Assembly: GCA_963812115.1 (NCBI GenBank)
Contig: CAWEUD010000005.1
Coordinates: 64,048 to 128,047, forward strand
From: an uncultured Chloroflexia bacterium
GTDB lineage: Bacteria > Chloroflexota > Limnocylindria > QHBO01
DNA: 64,000 nucleotides
Direction: 5' to 3'
The notes under the pieces were generated by a model. The model did not search any database, was not told where the DNA came from, and saw nothing but the letters and a program-made list of their open reading frames with translations. Each line of letters starts with the position of its first letter. The stretch's first letter is position 1. Position numbers and translations under genes: made by a program. Below are positions 1 to 10,051 of this stretch, one piece after another.

Positions 1-603
1 GGCATCACGTTCATCTACGTTACCCACGACCAGGAAGAGGCCATGACGATGTCCGACCGCATCGCGGTCATGCGCCACGGCAGGATCGAGCAGCTCGGCC
101 CGCCGGAAGACCTCTACGAGCGACCGACCACCGCCTTCGTCGCCGGCTTCCTGGGCGTCAGCAACCTGCTCGACGGCGAGGTCGTCGGCCGTGACGACGA
201 GTGGGCGCGAGTCCGCCTGGCCGATGGCTCGGTCCTGCGCGCGCCGGCCGAGCGGGTGAACGGAGCGCTGCAGGTCCGCATCGGCGTGCGCCCCGAGAAG
301 CTTCGCGTGGAGCCGTCGGGCAGGGAATCAACCGCACCCGATCGCGAGTACAACCGCCTGGGAGGAACGGTGCTCGACGCCAGCTACATCGGCGTCAGCA
401 CGCAGTACCTGGTACAGACCCTCGACGGCCATCGGCTGACCGTCTACGCCCAGAACCTGGAGACCACCGGTGCGGCGGAGGCGCTCGCCGACGGCCAGCA
501 GGTGCAGCTCAGCTGGAAGCCCCAGCACACGTTCGTGATCGAGGCATCCGAGCACGTTCACGATGATCCGCACATTCAGGAGGAGAGCGAGACCGATGAG
601 TGA
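1..603 (+). CDS. potA: Polyamine ABC transporter ATP-binding subunit with C-terminal TOBE domain (5' truncated)
   Basis: Frame 1 reads [24 protein letters not shown] (ABC H-loop), then '[15 protein letters not shown]' and a TOBE-like tail; first gene of a potD/B/C-like operon. Confidence 0.88.
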   Translation, partial: GITFIYVTHDQEEAMTMSDRIAVMRHGRIEQLGPPEDLYERPTTAFVAGFLGVSNLLDGEVVGRDDEWARVRLADGSVLRAPAERVNGALQVRIGVRPEKLRVEPSGRESTAPDREYNRLGGTVLDASYIGVSTQYLVQTLDGHRLTVYAQNLETTGAAEALADGQQVQLSWKPQHTFVIEASEHVHDDPHIQEESETDE

Positions 604-1882
604 AGAAGAGCGAGATCGACTGGAACGCGCCATCTCGAGGGCATTCCAGCCACGACGTCGACTGAGCCGCCGCGCATTTTTCCGCCAGGCGGGCAAGGGC
701 GGGGTCTACGCGGCGGGTGCTCTCTCGCTGCCGGCGATCCTCGCCGCCTGCGGCATCGGCGGCACCGGCTCGGCGACCGGCGCGCCCAGCCGTGCGGCGG
801 TGGGTGGCGGCGACCCGTCGGGCACGCTGAACTTCGCCAACTGGCCGCTCTACATCGACCAGGACGACAACGGTGACTCCCCGACCATCCAGCAGTTTCA
901 GGACGAGAAGAGCATCGACGTCACCTACACGGAGAACATCGAGGACAACCAGTCGTTCTTCGGCCTGATCCAGCCGGACCTGCAGGCCGGCAACGACACC
1001 GGCTACGACATCATCGTGATGACCGACTGGATGATCGGCAACATGATCCGGCTCGGCTACCTCGAGCAGATCGACGTTGCCCGGGACATCCCGAACTTCG
1101 TGGCAAACGCCGGGGAGAAGTACAAGAACCCCTCCTACGACGCGAACAACGCCCACACCGTCCCGTGGCAGTCGGGGATCACCGGCATCGGCTACAACCC
1201 CGCCCTGGTCAGCGAGGACGTGACCTCCTTCAAGCAGCTCTTCGACCCGAACTTCATCGAGAAGTACTCCGGGCAGATTGGCATGTTCACCGAGATGCGC
1301 GACTCGATGAGCATGGCGCTGCTCTACAACGGCGTCGTCCCCAAGGATGCGACCGCGGACGATGTCCAGAAGGCGCAGGAGACACTGCAGGCACAGGCGC
1401 CGCACGTGCGCGGCTACTTCGGCAATGAGTACGCCCAGGGCCTGGCGGACGGCAGCCTCGCCATCACCATGGCCTGGTCGGGCGACGTGTTCCAGCTCCA
1501 GTTTGACAACCCCGACCTGAAGTTCGTGGTGCCCGAGGAGGGAGGCATCCTGTGGGTCGACAACATGGCGATCCCGAACAAGGCGGCTCACCCCAACGAT
1601 GCGCTGGCGATGATGAACTACGTCTACCAGCCGGAGGTGGCGGCACAGATCACCGAGTGGGTGAACTACATCTGCCCGGTGCCCGCCGCGCAGGAGATCA
1701 TCCGCCAGCACGCTTCGGAGGCCGACAACGAGGACGACAGGGCCTACCTCGAGGCCGTGGCCGAGTCCCCGCTCGTCTTCCCCAGCGACGACATGCTCTC
1801 CCGGCTCTACTCGTACAAGGTCCTCGACGAGGAGGAAGAGCGGACGTGGAACGAGCTCTTCCAGGCGGTGGTGCAGGGCTGA
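596..1882 (+). CDS. potD: Spermidine/putrescine ABC transporter substrate-binding Tat-lipoprotein
   Basis: AGGAGGAG SD before ATG596; twin-Arg SRRAFF and lipobox LAAC; PotD/PotF motifs '[11 protein letters not shown]', '[13 protein letters not shown]', '[15 protein letters not shown]'. Confidence 0.9.
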   Translation: MSEEERDRLERAISRAFQPRRRLSRRAFFRQAGKGGVYAAGALSLPAILAACGIGGTGSATGAPSRAAVGGGDPSGTLNFANWPLYIDQDDNGDSPTIQQFQDEKSIDVTYTENIEDNQSFFGLIQPDLQAGNDTGYDIIVMTDWMIGNMIRLGYLEQIDVARDIPNFVANAGEKYKNPSYDANNAHTVPWQSGITGIGYNPALVSEDVTSFKQLFDPNFIEKYSGQIGMFTEMRDSMSMALLYNGVVPKDATADDVQKAQETLQAQAPHVRGYFGNEYAQGLADGSLAITMAWSGDVFQLQFDNPDLKFVVPEEGGILWVDNMAIPNKAAHPNDALAMMNYVYQPEVAAQITEWVNYICPVPAAQEIIRQHASEADNEDDRAYLEAVAESPLVFPSDDMLSRLYSYKVLDEEEERTWNELFQAVVQG

Positions 1883-1911
1883 CCCGCGCTCCACGCTGAA
1901 GGAACAAGGCG

Positions 1912-2772
1912 ATGAGCGGCTGGCTGCGACGGCATCGGGGACTCGTGCCCTACCTGTTCCTGGTGCCCGGCGGCCTGTGGCTCATCGCCTTCTTCCTGCT
2001 GCCCATGCTGACCATGGCATCGGTCTCCCTCCAGGAGGGAACGCTGGGCAGCGGGTTCCGGATGACGTTCAACTTCGGAATCTTTCCGGAGGTCATCTCC
2101 CGCTGGAGCGACCAGCTGATCCGCTCGCTCGAGTACGGCGTGATCGTCACCGTGCTCACCATGCTCATCGGCTACCCCATGGCCTACACGATCGCCTTCC
2201 GCGGAGGCCGCTACAAGTCGATCCTCCTGCTGCTGGTGATCATGCCGTTCTTCACCAGCTTCATCATTCGGACCATCAGCTGGAAGTTCATCCTGGCGGA
2301 CCAGGGATTCGTGCTCGGGACGCTCAAGGACGTCGGCATCCTGGACCAGGGTTTCCGGCTGCTCGCCACTCCCGTCGCGGTCATCAGCGGCATCACCTAC
2401 AACTTCCTGCCGTTCGTGGTGCTCCCGCTCTACGTGGCGCTGGAGAAGATCGACTACCGCCTCATCGAGGCCGCCAACGATCTGTACGCGAGCCGCCTGC
2501 AGGCGTTCCTCCGGGTCACGCTGCCGCTCTCCATCCCCGGCGTCTTCGCGGCGTCCCTCCTCAGCTTCATTCCCGCGGTCGGTGACTACATCAACGCGGA
2601 GCTGCTCGGGAGCCGCAGCGAGACGATGATCGGCAACGTCATCCAGCGGCTCTACCTGACGAACAACGACTATCCCCAGGCCAGCGCCCTGAGCCTGATC
2701 CTGATGGCGGGCATCTTGATCAGCATCTTTGCCTACACGCGCCTGCTGCGCGGGCAGGAGCTGACGGTCTGA
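1912..2772 (+). CDS. potB: Polyamine ABC transporter permease
   Basis: Multi-TM; EAA loop 'LIEAANDLYAS'; 'PFFTSFIIRTISW', 'FIPAVGDYI'. Confidence 0.88.
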   Translation: MSGWLRRHRGLVPYLFLVPGGLWLIAFFLLPMLTMASVSLQEGTLGSGFRMTFNFGIFPEVISRWSDQLIRSLEYGVIVTVLTMLIGYPMAYTIAFRGGRYKSILLLLVIMPFFTSFIIRTISWKFILADQGFVLGTLKDVGILDQGFRLLATPVAVISGITYNFLPFVVLPLYVALEKIDYRLIEAANDLYASRLQAFLRVTLPLSIPGVFAASLLSFIPAVGDYINAELLGSRSETMIGNVIQRLYLTNNDYPQASALSLILMAGILISIFAYTRLLRGQELTV

Positions 2773-3653
2773 TGGCAGGCAGCGTCGCCAGAGCGCAGCC
2801 GGCGCCGGCCGAGGCCGCACCCCCCGAGCGAGAGCGTCCGGTCGGAATGCGCATCAGCCGGGCCGTCCTTCCGGCCTACACGGGGCTGGTGGTCGCCTAC
2901 CTGTTCCTGCCCATCGTGGTGATGATCGTGTTCAGCTTCAACGACATCTCCGGTCGCTTCAACTTCACCTGGCAGGGCTTCACGCTCGAGCACTGGCAGA
3001 CGCTCTTCACTCGCTACCCGGCCCTGAACCAGGCACTGGTGACGAGCCTGGTGGTGGCCGTGGTCTCCACGCTCGTCGCCACCACGCTGGGAACCCTGAT
3101 GGGACTGGCGCTGACCCGCTACGAGTTCCGCGGCCGCGGGCCGCTCAACCTCCTGATCTTCCTGCCGATCGCCTCCCCGGAGATCGTGCTGGGTGCCTCG
3201 CTGCTCGCGATGTGGGTCTCGGCCGGGGTGGCGCGCGGCATCGTCACGATCATCATCGCCCACATCATGTTCAACATCAGCTACGTCGTCATCACCATCC
3301 GGGCTCGCCTGGCCGGCTTCAATCGATCCCTGGAGGAAGCCGCCATGGACCTCGGGGCCGATGAGTGGACGACCTTCCGCAAGGTCACCTTCCCGCTGAT
3401 CTTCCCGGGGATCCTGGCCGCCGCCCTCCTCGCGTTCGCGCTCTCGATCGACGACTTCGTGATCACCCAGTTCAACGCCGGCCAGACGCAGACCTTCCCG
3501 CTGTGGGTCTACGGCGCTTCGCGCATCGGCGTCCCGCCGCAGGTCAACGCGATGGGCTCGCTGATCTTCGGCGTGGCCGTGATCGGCATCATCTTCTGGA
3601 TCATCCTGCAGCGGAAGGACCTGAGCGCCGCGCCGACGCGCCTGGACCAATGA
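2772..3653 (+). CDS. potC: Polyamine ABC transporter permease
   Basis: 'YLFLPIVVMIVFSFN', EAA loop 'LEEAAMDLGA', 'FALSIDDFVIT'; start overlaps potB stop. Confidence 0.88.
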   Translation: MAGSVARAQPAPAEAAPPERERPVGMRISRAVLPAYTGLVVAYLFLPIVVMIVFSFNDISGRFNFTWQGFTLEHWQTLFTRYPALNQALVTSLVVAVVSTLVATTLGTLMGLALTRYEFRGRGPLNLLIFLPIASPEIVLGASLLAMWVSAGVARGIVTIIIAHIMFNISYVVITIRARLAGFNRSLEEAAMDLGADEWTTFRKVTFPLIFPGILAAALLAFALSIDDFVITQFNAGQTQTFPLWVYGASRIGVPPQVNAMGSLIFGVAVIGIIFWIILQRKDLSAAPTRLDQ

Positions 3654-4483
3654 CCCCGTCGCATGGCGCGCACGTCGGCGTGGGTCCGGGACCGGCCGGC
3701 GCGCCGCTGCGCATCGGCGACGTGGCTCGCCGCATGGGCGTCTCCGCCTCCGTGCTTCGGCTCTGGGAGCGGCAGGGACTGGTCCGCCCGTCGCGCTCGC
3801 CGGGCGGCTACCGGCTCTACGGCGAAGGCGACATGACGCGGCTGCGAGAGATCCGTGACATGCGCGAGGCGCAGGTCAGCGCGTCGGGCATCCGGCGCAT
3901 GCTGCCCACCGCAGGCGCCGTGCATGGCCAGGGGCAGGACCGCCGCCTGGACGGCCAGCTGCTGCGACGCACACGGCTCAAGGGAGGTCTCTCGCTGCGT
4001 GCCGCCAGCCAGCGCGCCGGGGTCTCGGTCAGCTTCCTGTCGAGCCTCGAGCGGAACCTGAGCGGCGCCAGCCTCGCGACCCTGCAACGCCTGACCGCCG
4101 TCTATGGTTCGACCGTCCAGGAGCTGATCGACCCTCCGCGCGTCCGGTCCAGCCACCGGCGCCTGCGGCCCACCGAGCGACCTCGACTGGAGCTGCAGGA
4201 CGGTGTACGGATCGAGCAGCTGGCGCACGGCGCGCGGCAGCTTGAGCCGCAGCTCTTCGTCCTCGCACCCCGGGCGAGCAGCGCCGGGACGTACGCGCAT
4301 GCCGGCGAGGAGTTCCTCTTCGTGCTCGACGGCGAGCTCACCTTCTGGATCGGCGCCGATGAACGCTACCGCCTGCGCACGGGCGACGCCCTGACCTTCC
4401 CGTCCAACCTGCCGCATCGCTGGCGCAACCGCGCCGGCGGGGAGACACGACTGCTATGGATCAACACGCCACCGACGTTCTGA
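3650..4483 (+). CDS. Transcriptional regulator, MerR-HTH + XRE-HTH + cupin (PuuR-like) fusion
   Basis: ATGA overlap with potC; MerR HTH 'LRIGDVARRMGVSASVLRLWERQGLVRP..GGYRLY'; XRE 'LSLRAASQRAGVSVSFLSSLERN'; cupin 'HAGEEFLFVLDG..GDALTFPSNLPHRWRN'. Confidence 0.85.
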   Translation: MTPSHGAHVGVGPGPAGAPLRIGDVARRMGVSASVLRLWERQGLVRPSRSPGGYRLYGEGDMTRLREIRDMREAQVSASGIRRMLPTAGAVHGQGQDRRLDGQLLRRTRLKGGLSLRAASQRAGVSVSFLSSLERNLSGASLATLQRLTAVYGSTVQELIDPPRVRSSHRRLRPTERPRLELQDGVRIEQLAHGARQLEPQLFVLAPRASSAGTYAHAGEEFLFVLDGELTFWIGADERYRLRTGDALTFPSNLPHRWRNRAGGETRLLWINTPPTF

Positions 4484-5796
4484 CCGCGACCGCCACCGAA
4501 CGCTGGCTACAACGCCGCCGGCTGGTGCCGCCGGTGTGGGCGCGCTACACGGACCTCGTCGTCGAGCGCGGCGAGGGCAGCTGGATCGAGACCATCGACG
4601 GGACGCGCTACCTCGACTACACCAGCGGCATCGGCGTGACGAACACGGGCCACGCTCACCCGCGGGTGGTGGCGGCCATCGCCGACCAGGCGGCTCGCGT
4701 CATCCACGCCCAGCAGAACATCCTCCACCACAAGCCCGGGCTGGAGTTGCACGAGCGCCTGCCGCGGACGATGCCGGGTCTGGATGCCGGCGAGGAGGCG
4801 GCGCTCTTCCTCTCGAACTCCGGCGCGGAGGCGATCGAGGCCTCGGTCAAGCTCGCCAAGCAGGCCACCCGGCGGACGGGGATCGTGGCCTTCCGCGGTG
4901 GCTTCCATGGTCGCACCCACGCCGCCATGGCGCTGACGAGCTCCGGCGTGAAGTACCGCGGCCACTTCGAACCGGTCCCCGGCGGCGGCGTCTTCCACGT
5001 CCCGTTCCCGTACGTCCTGCGCAATCCCACCGGCCGGACCGATGGCGCCGCACTCGCCTTCACGCTATCGGCCATCGACGAGCTGTTCGCGACCATGATC
5101 TACCCCGATGACGTGGCGGCCTTCCTGGTAGAGCCGATCCTCGGCGAGGGCGGGTACGTCGTGCCGCCCGATGGCTTCCTCCCCGCCCTGCGCGAGGTGG
5201 CCGATCGCCATGGCATCCTGCTCATCGCCGACGAGGTGCAGACCGGCTTCGGCCGCACCGGGAAGATGTGGGCCACCGACTGGTACGACGCGCGCCCCGA
5301 CATCGTGGTGATGGCGAAGGGCCTGGCGTCGGGCATGCCGCTCTCCGGCATCCTCGCGCGCCGCTCCCTGCTGGAGCTGCTCGGCCCGGGGACGCACGGC
5401 GGCACCTACGGCGGCAACGCGGTCGCCTGTGCCGCGGCGCTCGCCACGCTCGATGTCATCGCCGCGGAGGGACTGCTGCAGAACGCGGCGTACCAGGGCG
5501 AACGGCTGCTCTCGGGCATTCGCCACGTCGCCGCGGCCCAGCCGGCCGTGGCCGAGGTTCGAGGCCGCGGGCTGATGGTCGGGATCGAGTTCGCCGATCC
5601 GGAGACGCTGGCGCCACGACCGGACCTGGCCAAGGTGGTCCTGCACGAGGCGTTCGACCGCCGGCTGCTGCTGCTCACCTGCGGGACGTACGGGCAGGTC
5701 GTGCGCGTCATCCCGCCGCTCGTCACCACCGATGCCGAGATCGACTCGGCCGTGGGAATCATCGGCGCCGCGCTGGAGGCGATCGGGCGGGCCTAG
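4456..5796 (+). CDS. Class III PLP aminotransferase (4-aminobutyrate/omega-amino acid aminotransferase-like)
   Basis: 'DYTSGIGVTNTGH', 'NSGAEAIE', 'FHGRT', 'DEVQTGFGRTG', PLP-Lys 'MAKGLASG'; exact start uncertain. Confidence 0.9.
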   Translation: MDQHATDVLTATATERWLQRRRLVPPVWARYTDLVVERGEGSWIETIDGTRYLDYTSGIGVTNTGHAHPRVVAAIADQAARVIHAQQNILHHKPGLELHERLPRTMPGLDAGEEAALFLSNSGAEAIEASVKLAKQATRRTGIVAFRGGFHGRTHAAMALTSSGVKYRGHFEPVPGGGVFHVPFPYVLRNPTGRTDGAALAFTLSAIDELFATMIYPDDVAAFLVEPILGEGGYVVPPDGFLPALREVADRHGILLIADEVQTGFGRTGKMWATDWYDARPDIVVMAKGLASGMPLSGILARRSLLELLGPGTHGGTYGGNAVACAAALATLDVIAAEGLLQNAAYQGERLLSGIRHVAAAQPAVAEVRGRGLMVGIEFADPETLAPRPDLAKVVLHEAFDRRLLLLTCGTYGQVVRVIPPLVTTDAEIDSAVGIIGAALEAIGRA

Positions 5797-6386
5797 GCGT
5801 CCTGGTCGGCCAGCCGCCGATAGCGCGACCCGTACCAGATCAGCGGATCAGCGCTCTCGTCGAAGCCGGCAGCGACGATCTCCCCGATGAAGATGGTGTG
5901 GTCGCCGCCGGGGTGCCGCGCGATCAGGCGGCAGTCGAAGTAGGCGATCGCGGCGTCCAGGATCGGCGAACCGGTCTCGGCCTCGTGCCACGGCGCGTCG
6001 CAGAATCGGCGCAGCTTGGCCGCGGTGGTGGGCTGCGCGAAGCAGTCGGCGATGGCTTGCTGCTGCTCGCTCAGCACGCTAATCGCGAACGAGTGACTGC
6101 CGAGGATCGCCTCGTGCGTCTCCGACGTGTGGCCGATGCTCGCCATCATGAGCGGCGGATCGATGCTGATGCTGGCGATGGCGTTGGCCGTCATGCCGGC
6201 CAGCAGCGGGCCCTGCCGCGCCGCGACCACCGTCACGCCGGTCGCAAAGCGGGCCATCATCGAGCGCAGCATCCGTCCCTGCTCCTGCGTCATGGGGGCT
6301 ACCGCCCCGCCCGCCGGCTGCCGCTCGATGTGCTGGTGGGGGGCTGCGGCGCCCTCGGCGGGTCCCGCCTGGTTGTCCCTGCTCAC
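5793..6386 (-). CDS. Flavin reductase-like protein
   Basis: 'MARFATGVTVV', 'GMTANAIASISIDPPL', 'GGDHTIFIGEI', 'PLIWYGSRY'; GTGA overlap with upstream gene. Confidence 0.9.
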   Translation of the reverse strand: MSRDNQAGPAEGAAAPHQHIERQPAGGAVAPMTQEQGRMLRSMMARFATGVTVVAARQGPLLAGMTANAIASISIDPPLMMASIGHTSETHEAILGSHSFAISVLSEQQQAIADCFAQPTTAAKLRRFCDAPWHEAETGSPILDAAIAYFDCRLIARHPGGDHTIFIGEIVAAGFDESADPLIWYGSRYRRLADQDA

Positions 6387-6673
6387 CGGTAGCGTTCGAG
6401 CTTCTCGAGCACGGCGTTGGCCGCCATCCAGTCCTGCGGTCCGGGCCGCTCGCCACGGTGCAGGTGCAGCAGGGGCACGCAGTTCCAGGACGGACCGTCC
6501 TCGCGCGGGATGTGGATCGCCAGGTCCCCCACGTCGAGCAGGGCGACGATCGTCGCGCCGCGTTCGCCACCACGTGCCAGCGCCCGCTCGAGGGTCTCGA
6601 CGAACCCGTCGGCCGACCCGTACTCGGCACGGATCCTCATGGCGATCAGACCGGCCGCCGGCAGCTGGATCAC
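6383..6673 (-). CDS. Small hypothetical protein
   Basis: ORF coupled by GTGA overlaps to both neighbours; no family recognised. Confidence 0.55.
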   Translation of the reverse strand: MIQLPAAGLIAMRIRAEYGSADGFVETLERALARGGERGATIVALLDVGDLAIHIPREDGPSWNCVPLLHLHRGERPGPQDWMAANAVLEKLERYR

Positions 6674-7038
6674 CGCAGGACCTCCAGCAGCCACCCGAAT
6701 GCGGTCACGGACCCGATCACCGCGAAGCCGACGAACGAGAGCACCAGCAGCAGGCCGATGAGACTGGCCCAGGCCGGCGCAGAGGCCGCTCGACTGGTGA
6801 CCGACCCTTGCGCCAGCCAGACCGCCAACGCATCGCCATCGACCCGGAGCTCGACGTCGTCGTCGAGCGGGACGACGATCACCCGGTCGCGGCCATCGGC
6901 GCCCTCGCCGGTGATCAGCGCGCGGGACGCCTCGCCATCCCGGACCAGGAGCGCGTGGTTGCCGCTGGCGTTGACCAGGGGCTGCGCTTCGAGGCGCCCC
7001 GTGGCTCCCAGCGGCAGCGCGTCCGATAGCTCATCCAT
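6670..7038 (-). CDS. Hypothetical protein with C-terminal TM helix
   Basis: C-terminal hydrophobic 'WASLIGLLLVLSFVGFAVIGSVTAFGWL'; TATCCT -10-like box 9 nt upstream of ATG. Confidence 0.6.
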   Translation of the reverse strand: MDELSDALPLGATGRLEAQPLVNASGNHALLVRDGEASRALITGEGADGRDRVIVVPLDDDVELRVDGDALAVWLAQGSVTSRAASAPAWASLIGLLLVLSFVGFAVIGSVTAFGWLLEVLR

Positions 7039-7071
7039 CGTCGGCCGAGGATAGCAGCCGCCCGGGGCCCC

Positions 7072-7986
7072 TCAGCGGTCGAGGCGCTCGAGGGTGGCCA
7101 CCAGGGCCCGGATCGTGTCGGCGTTGATCGGGTCCAGCACCAGCTGCACGTGCGCGACGCCCTCGTCGGCGAAGGCGCGCAGCAACGGCTCCAGCACGTC
7201 CGGCTCTCCGCTGATGGCATCGGCATCTTCGGTCTCGAGGTCGCCCATCGACCGGCCCTGCGCCCCCGGGAACGCCACGAAGAGCGCCAGGGTGCGCTCG
7301 ATCTCGGCGGGGTCGCGTCCCGCGGCCCGACAGGCGTCGTCGACCTTTTGGCGCATCGGGCGGTAGCCGTCGGGCGAGTTCCCGAACCAGGTGAACCAGG
7401 CGTTCCAGGACTGCACGTGCGGGAGCGTGATGCCGAGCATGCGCGGCCCTTCGGAGCCGACCATCAGCGGCGGCCCGGCGGGCCGCGGCCCTCGCGGCAG
7501 GAGCTCGCAGTGGTCGAGGTCGTAGTAGGTGCCGTGGAAGTCGCAGCGGCCGTCGCGCAGCAGCGTTCGCACGATGGTGAAGGCCTCCTCGAAGCGGCTG
7601 ACCCGATGGTCGTACGGGTAGCCGTAGGCGGCGTACTCCGCCTCGTTCCAGCCGGCCCCCAGGCCCAGGATCAGCCGGCCCCCGCTGATCTCCTCGATCG
7701 TCGCCGCCATCTTCGCGATCATGGCCGGGTTGTGGAAGCTGGTGGACGCCACCAGCGGCCCCAGCGCCACGCGGCGGGTCACCGCGGCGAGCGCCGCCAG
7801 GCTCGTCCACGCCTCCCACGGCGCTCGCGTCGGCAGGCCATCGTCGCGGTAGAGCAGGTGGTCGCCGACCCAGATCGAGTCGAGGCCGATCGCCTCGGCC
7901 GTCTGTGCCATGTGCCGTTGCTCGTCCCACGTCGCGACGTACTCGACCTCCGGAAGCTGCACCCCGACCTTCAACGGCCTCGGCAT
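7072..7986 (-). CDS. LLM-class (luciferase-like) flavin/F420-dependent oxidoreductase
   Basis: 'GLDSIWVGDHL', 'WEAWTSLAALAAVTRRVALGPLV', 'EISGGRLILGLGAGW'. Confidence 0.9.
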   Translation of the reverse strand: MPRPLKVGVQLPEVEYVATWDEQRHMAQTAEAIGLDSIWVGDHLLYRDDGLPTRAPWEAWTSLAALAAVTRRVALGPLVASTSFHNPAMIAKMAATIEEISGGRLILGLGAGWNEAEYAAYGYPYDHRVSRFEEAFTIVRTLLRDGRCDFHGTYYDLDHCELLPRGPRPAGPPLMVGSEGPRMLGITLPHVQSWNAWFTWFGNSPDGYRPMRQKVDDACRAAGRDPAEIERTLALFVAFPGAQGRSMGDLETEDADAISGEPDVLEPLLRAFADEGVAHVQLVLDPINADTIRALVATLERLDR

Positions 7987-7989
7987 CGG

Positions 7990-10033
7990 TCAGGCGACCC
8001 GCTTCGTCTTCTTGCTGACGTAATCGACCAGGACGTACTCGCCGAGGTGCTCTGGCTCGACGTAGAAAGCGCGCCCGCGGTTGATCCGGCTCATCAGGTC
8101 GACGAATTCGGAGAGGTACCGGGAGCGCTCGAGCATGAACGTGTTGATCACGATCCCCTCCCGTGTGGCACGCCCGACCTCACGCAGGGTCGACTGCATC
8201 GTTCTGCTGGTTGGGGGGTAGGCGAACTCGACCTGGCCGTTCTGGATGTGCGCCGTTGGCTCGCCGTCGGTGATCACCACGATCTCCTTGTTGCCACCGC
8301 GGCGCCTGCCCAGCAGCTGCCGCGCGATCATCACGGCGTGCTGCAGGTTCGTCCCGTACTCGAACTCGTACGGTGACAGGGTGGCGATCGCCTCCGGCTT
8401 GATCTGGCGGGCGTAGTAGGCGAAGCCGACGACGTACAGGCGGTCGCGCGGGTAGCGGGTGTGGATCAGGGTGTGCAGGGCCATCGCCACCCGTTTGGCC
8501 GCGGTCGAGCACCCTCGCAGCAGCATGGATCGGCTCATGTCGAGCAGCAGAACGGTCGAGGAGACCGTCGTCTCCTCGTGCCGCCGGACCTCGAAGTCCT
8601 CCACGTCGAGGCGCAGCGGCACGCCGGGAGATCCGTCCGCGCCGCGTGCCATGGCGTTGAAGAGCGTGCGGTTGAGGTCCACCACGAATGGGTCGCCGTG
8701 CGCCCAACGCTTCGTCTCGTCGGTCGCCTCGCCGCCGTTCCCCGACGATCGGGAGCGGATGCCCGCCCAGCGACTCCCGACGCAGGCGGCTGAAGATGTC
8801 GGTGAGGGCGCGCATGCCGAGCTTTCGCGCCGCACGTGGTGTCAGCTCGAGGCGGCCGCCGTCGCGCTCAAGGTAGCCGGCCTCCTCCAGTGCCCGTGTG
8901 AGCTCGCGGAGCTGGTCCAGGTCTTCCGCGGCCTCGTCGCCGCCCAGGTCCCGCAGCAGCTCCGCGTCGAGCCGGTCGAGGCCCTCCGGATCGCGCGCCG
9001 CCAGCAGCTGCTCCTCCATCTCGTCGTACTGCTGCTGCCGGTCGATCGCTGCGAGCGCATCGACCAGGCCCATCGGCTCGTCACCCGAGAAGGGATACGG
9101 CTCGCCGAAGGGCGTCTCGGGCCGCATCGACTGCAGGTTGCCGGTGAGGCGTGCCATGTCCCAGCGCAGCCGGTCGTCGCGCAGCAGGTCGTCCATCATC
9201 TGATGTAGCTCGTCGCGCATCTGCGGGCTCATCCCCGCCAGCAGCGAGGCCATCTGCGAGGCCTGCCGGTGCAGGTGATCGACGAGCTCGTCGACACTGC
9301 CGATCCCCGGCGGGAAGTACGCTCCGTGGTGCGCCATGAAGGCGTCGAAGTCAGCGCGCGTATCGGCCCCCGAGGCGTGCTTCTCGAGCAGGCCGTTGAG
9401 GTCGCGCACCATCTGGCGCACGCCGTCGAGATCCTCGGGCGTCAGGCCCGCGACGCCCTCCTTGAGACCCTGGAAGTAGGTCTGCATCAGCTGCTGGCGG
9501 AGCTCGTCGGTCAGGGCGTTGAAGGCGTCCCGCGCCGCTGGATCCATGAACTCGTAGTCACGCAGCCCGTGCAGGCGCCCGGCGAGTCCGGGCGGCAGGG
9601 CATCCAGCCGGTCGCGCCGCTGCTGGGCCGCTCGCCGCAGCACCTGCTCCGCCATCCGTGCCTGCTCCTGCTGTTCGCCCGGCGGCGCGTCGAGGGCAGC
9701 CTGCTCCGCCTGTCGGAGGCGCCGGTCGATCCCCGCCCGCTCCTGGCCCAGGACCTCGTCCAGGCGCTCCGCGAGGCCGTCGAGCACGCCGTCGAGGTGG
9801 GCGCGCTCCAGCTCCGCCTGCCGGCGCTCGCGCATCCGGTCGACCATGCGGCGCAGGCCCGGCACGTCGCCACCGCGCGTCCCGCGCATGCCGCGCTGCA
9901 TGAGCCGCTGCAGCGCGCGTCGGATGTCGCCCTCCGCCAGGACGTCGTCCGACAGGGCGTCGAGCACGTCGTCCGCGTCGAAGGGCGGCAGCTGCTGGCT
10001 CCCGTCCCAGCGGGAGTAGCGGTAGCGGCTCAT
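7990..10033 (-). CDS. VWA-domain protein (Rv0959-like), frameshifted near 8745
   Basis: N-part 'MSRYRYSRWDGSQQ' (8180-10033 frame) switches after 'GGHPLP' to the 7990-8835 frame with MIDAS-like 'LLDMSRSM', 'GTNLQHA', 'ITDGEPTAH'. Confidence 0.85.
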
Positions 10034-10051
10034 GTGCGTGCGGCGGCCGAG

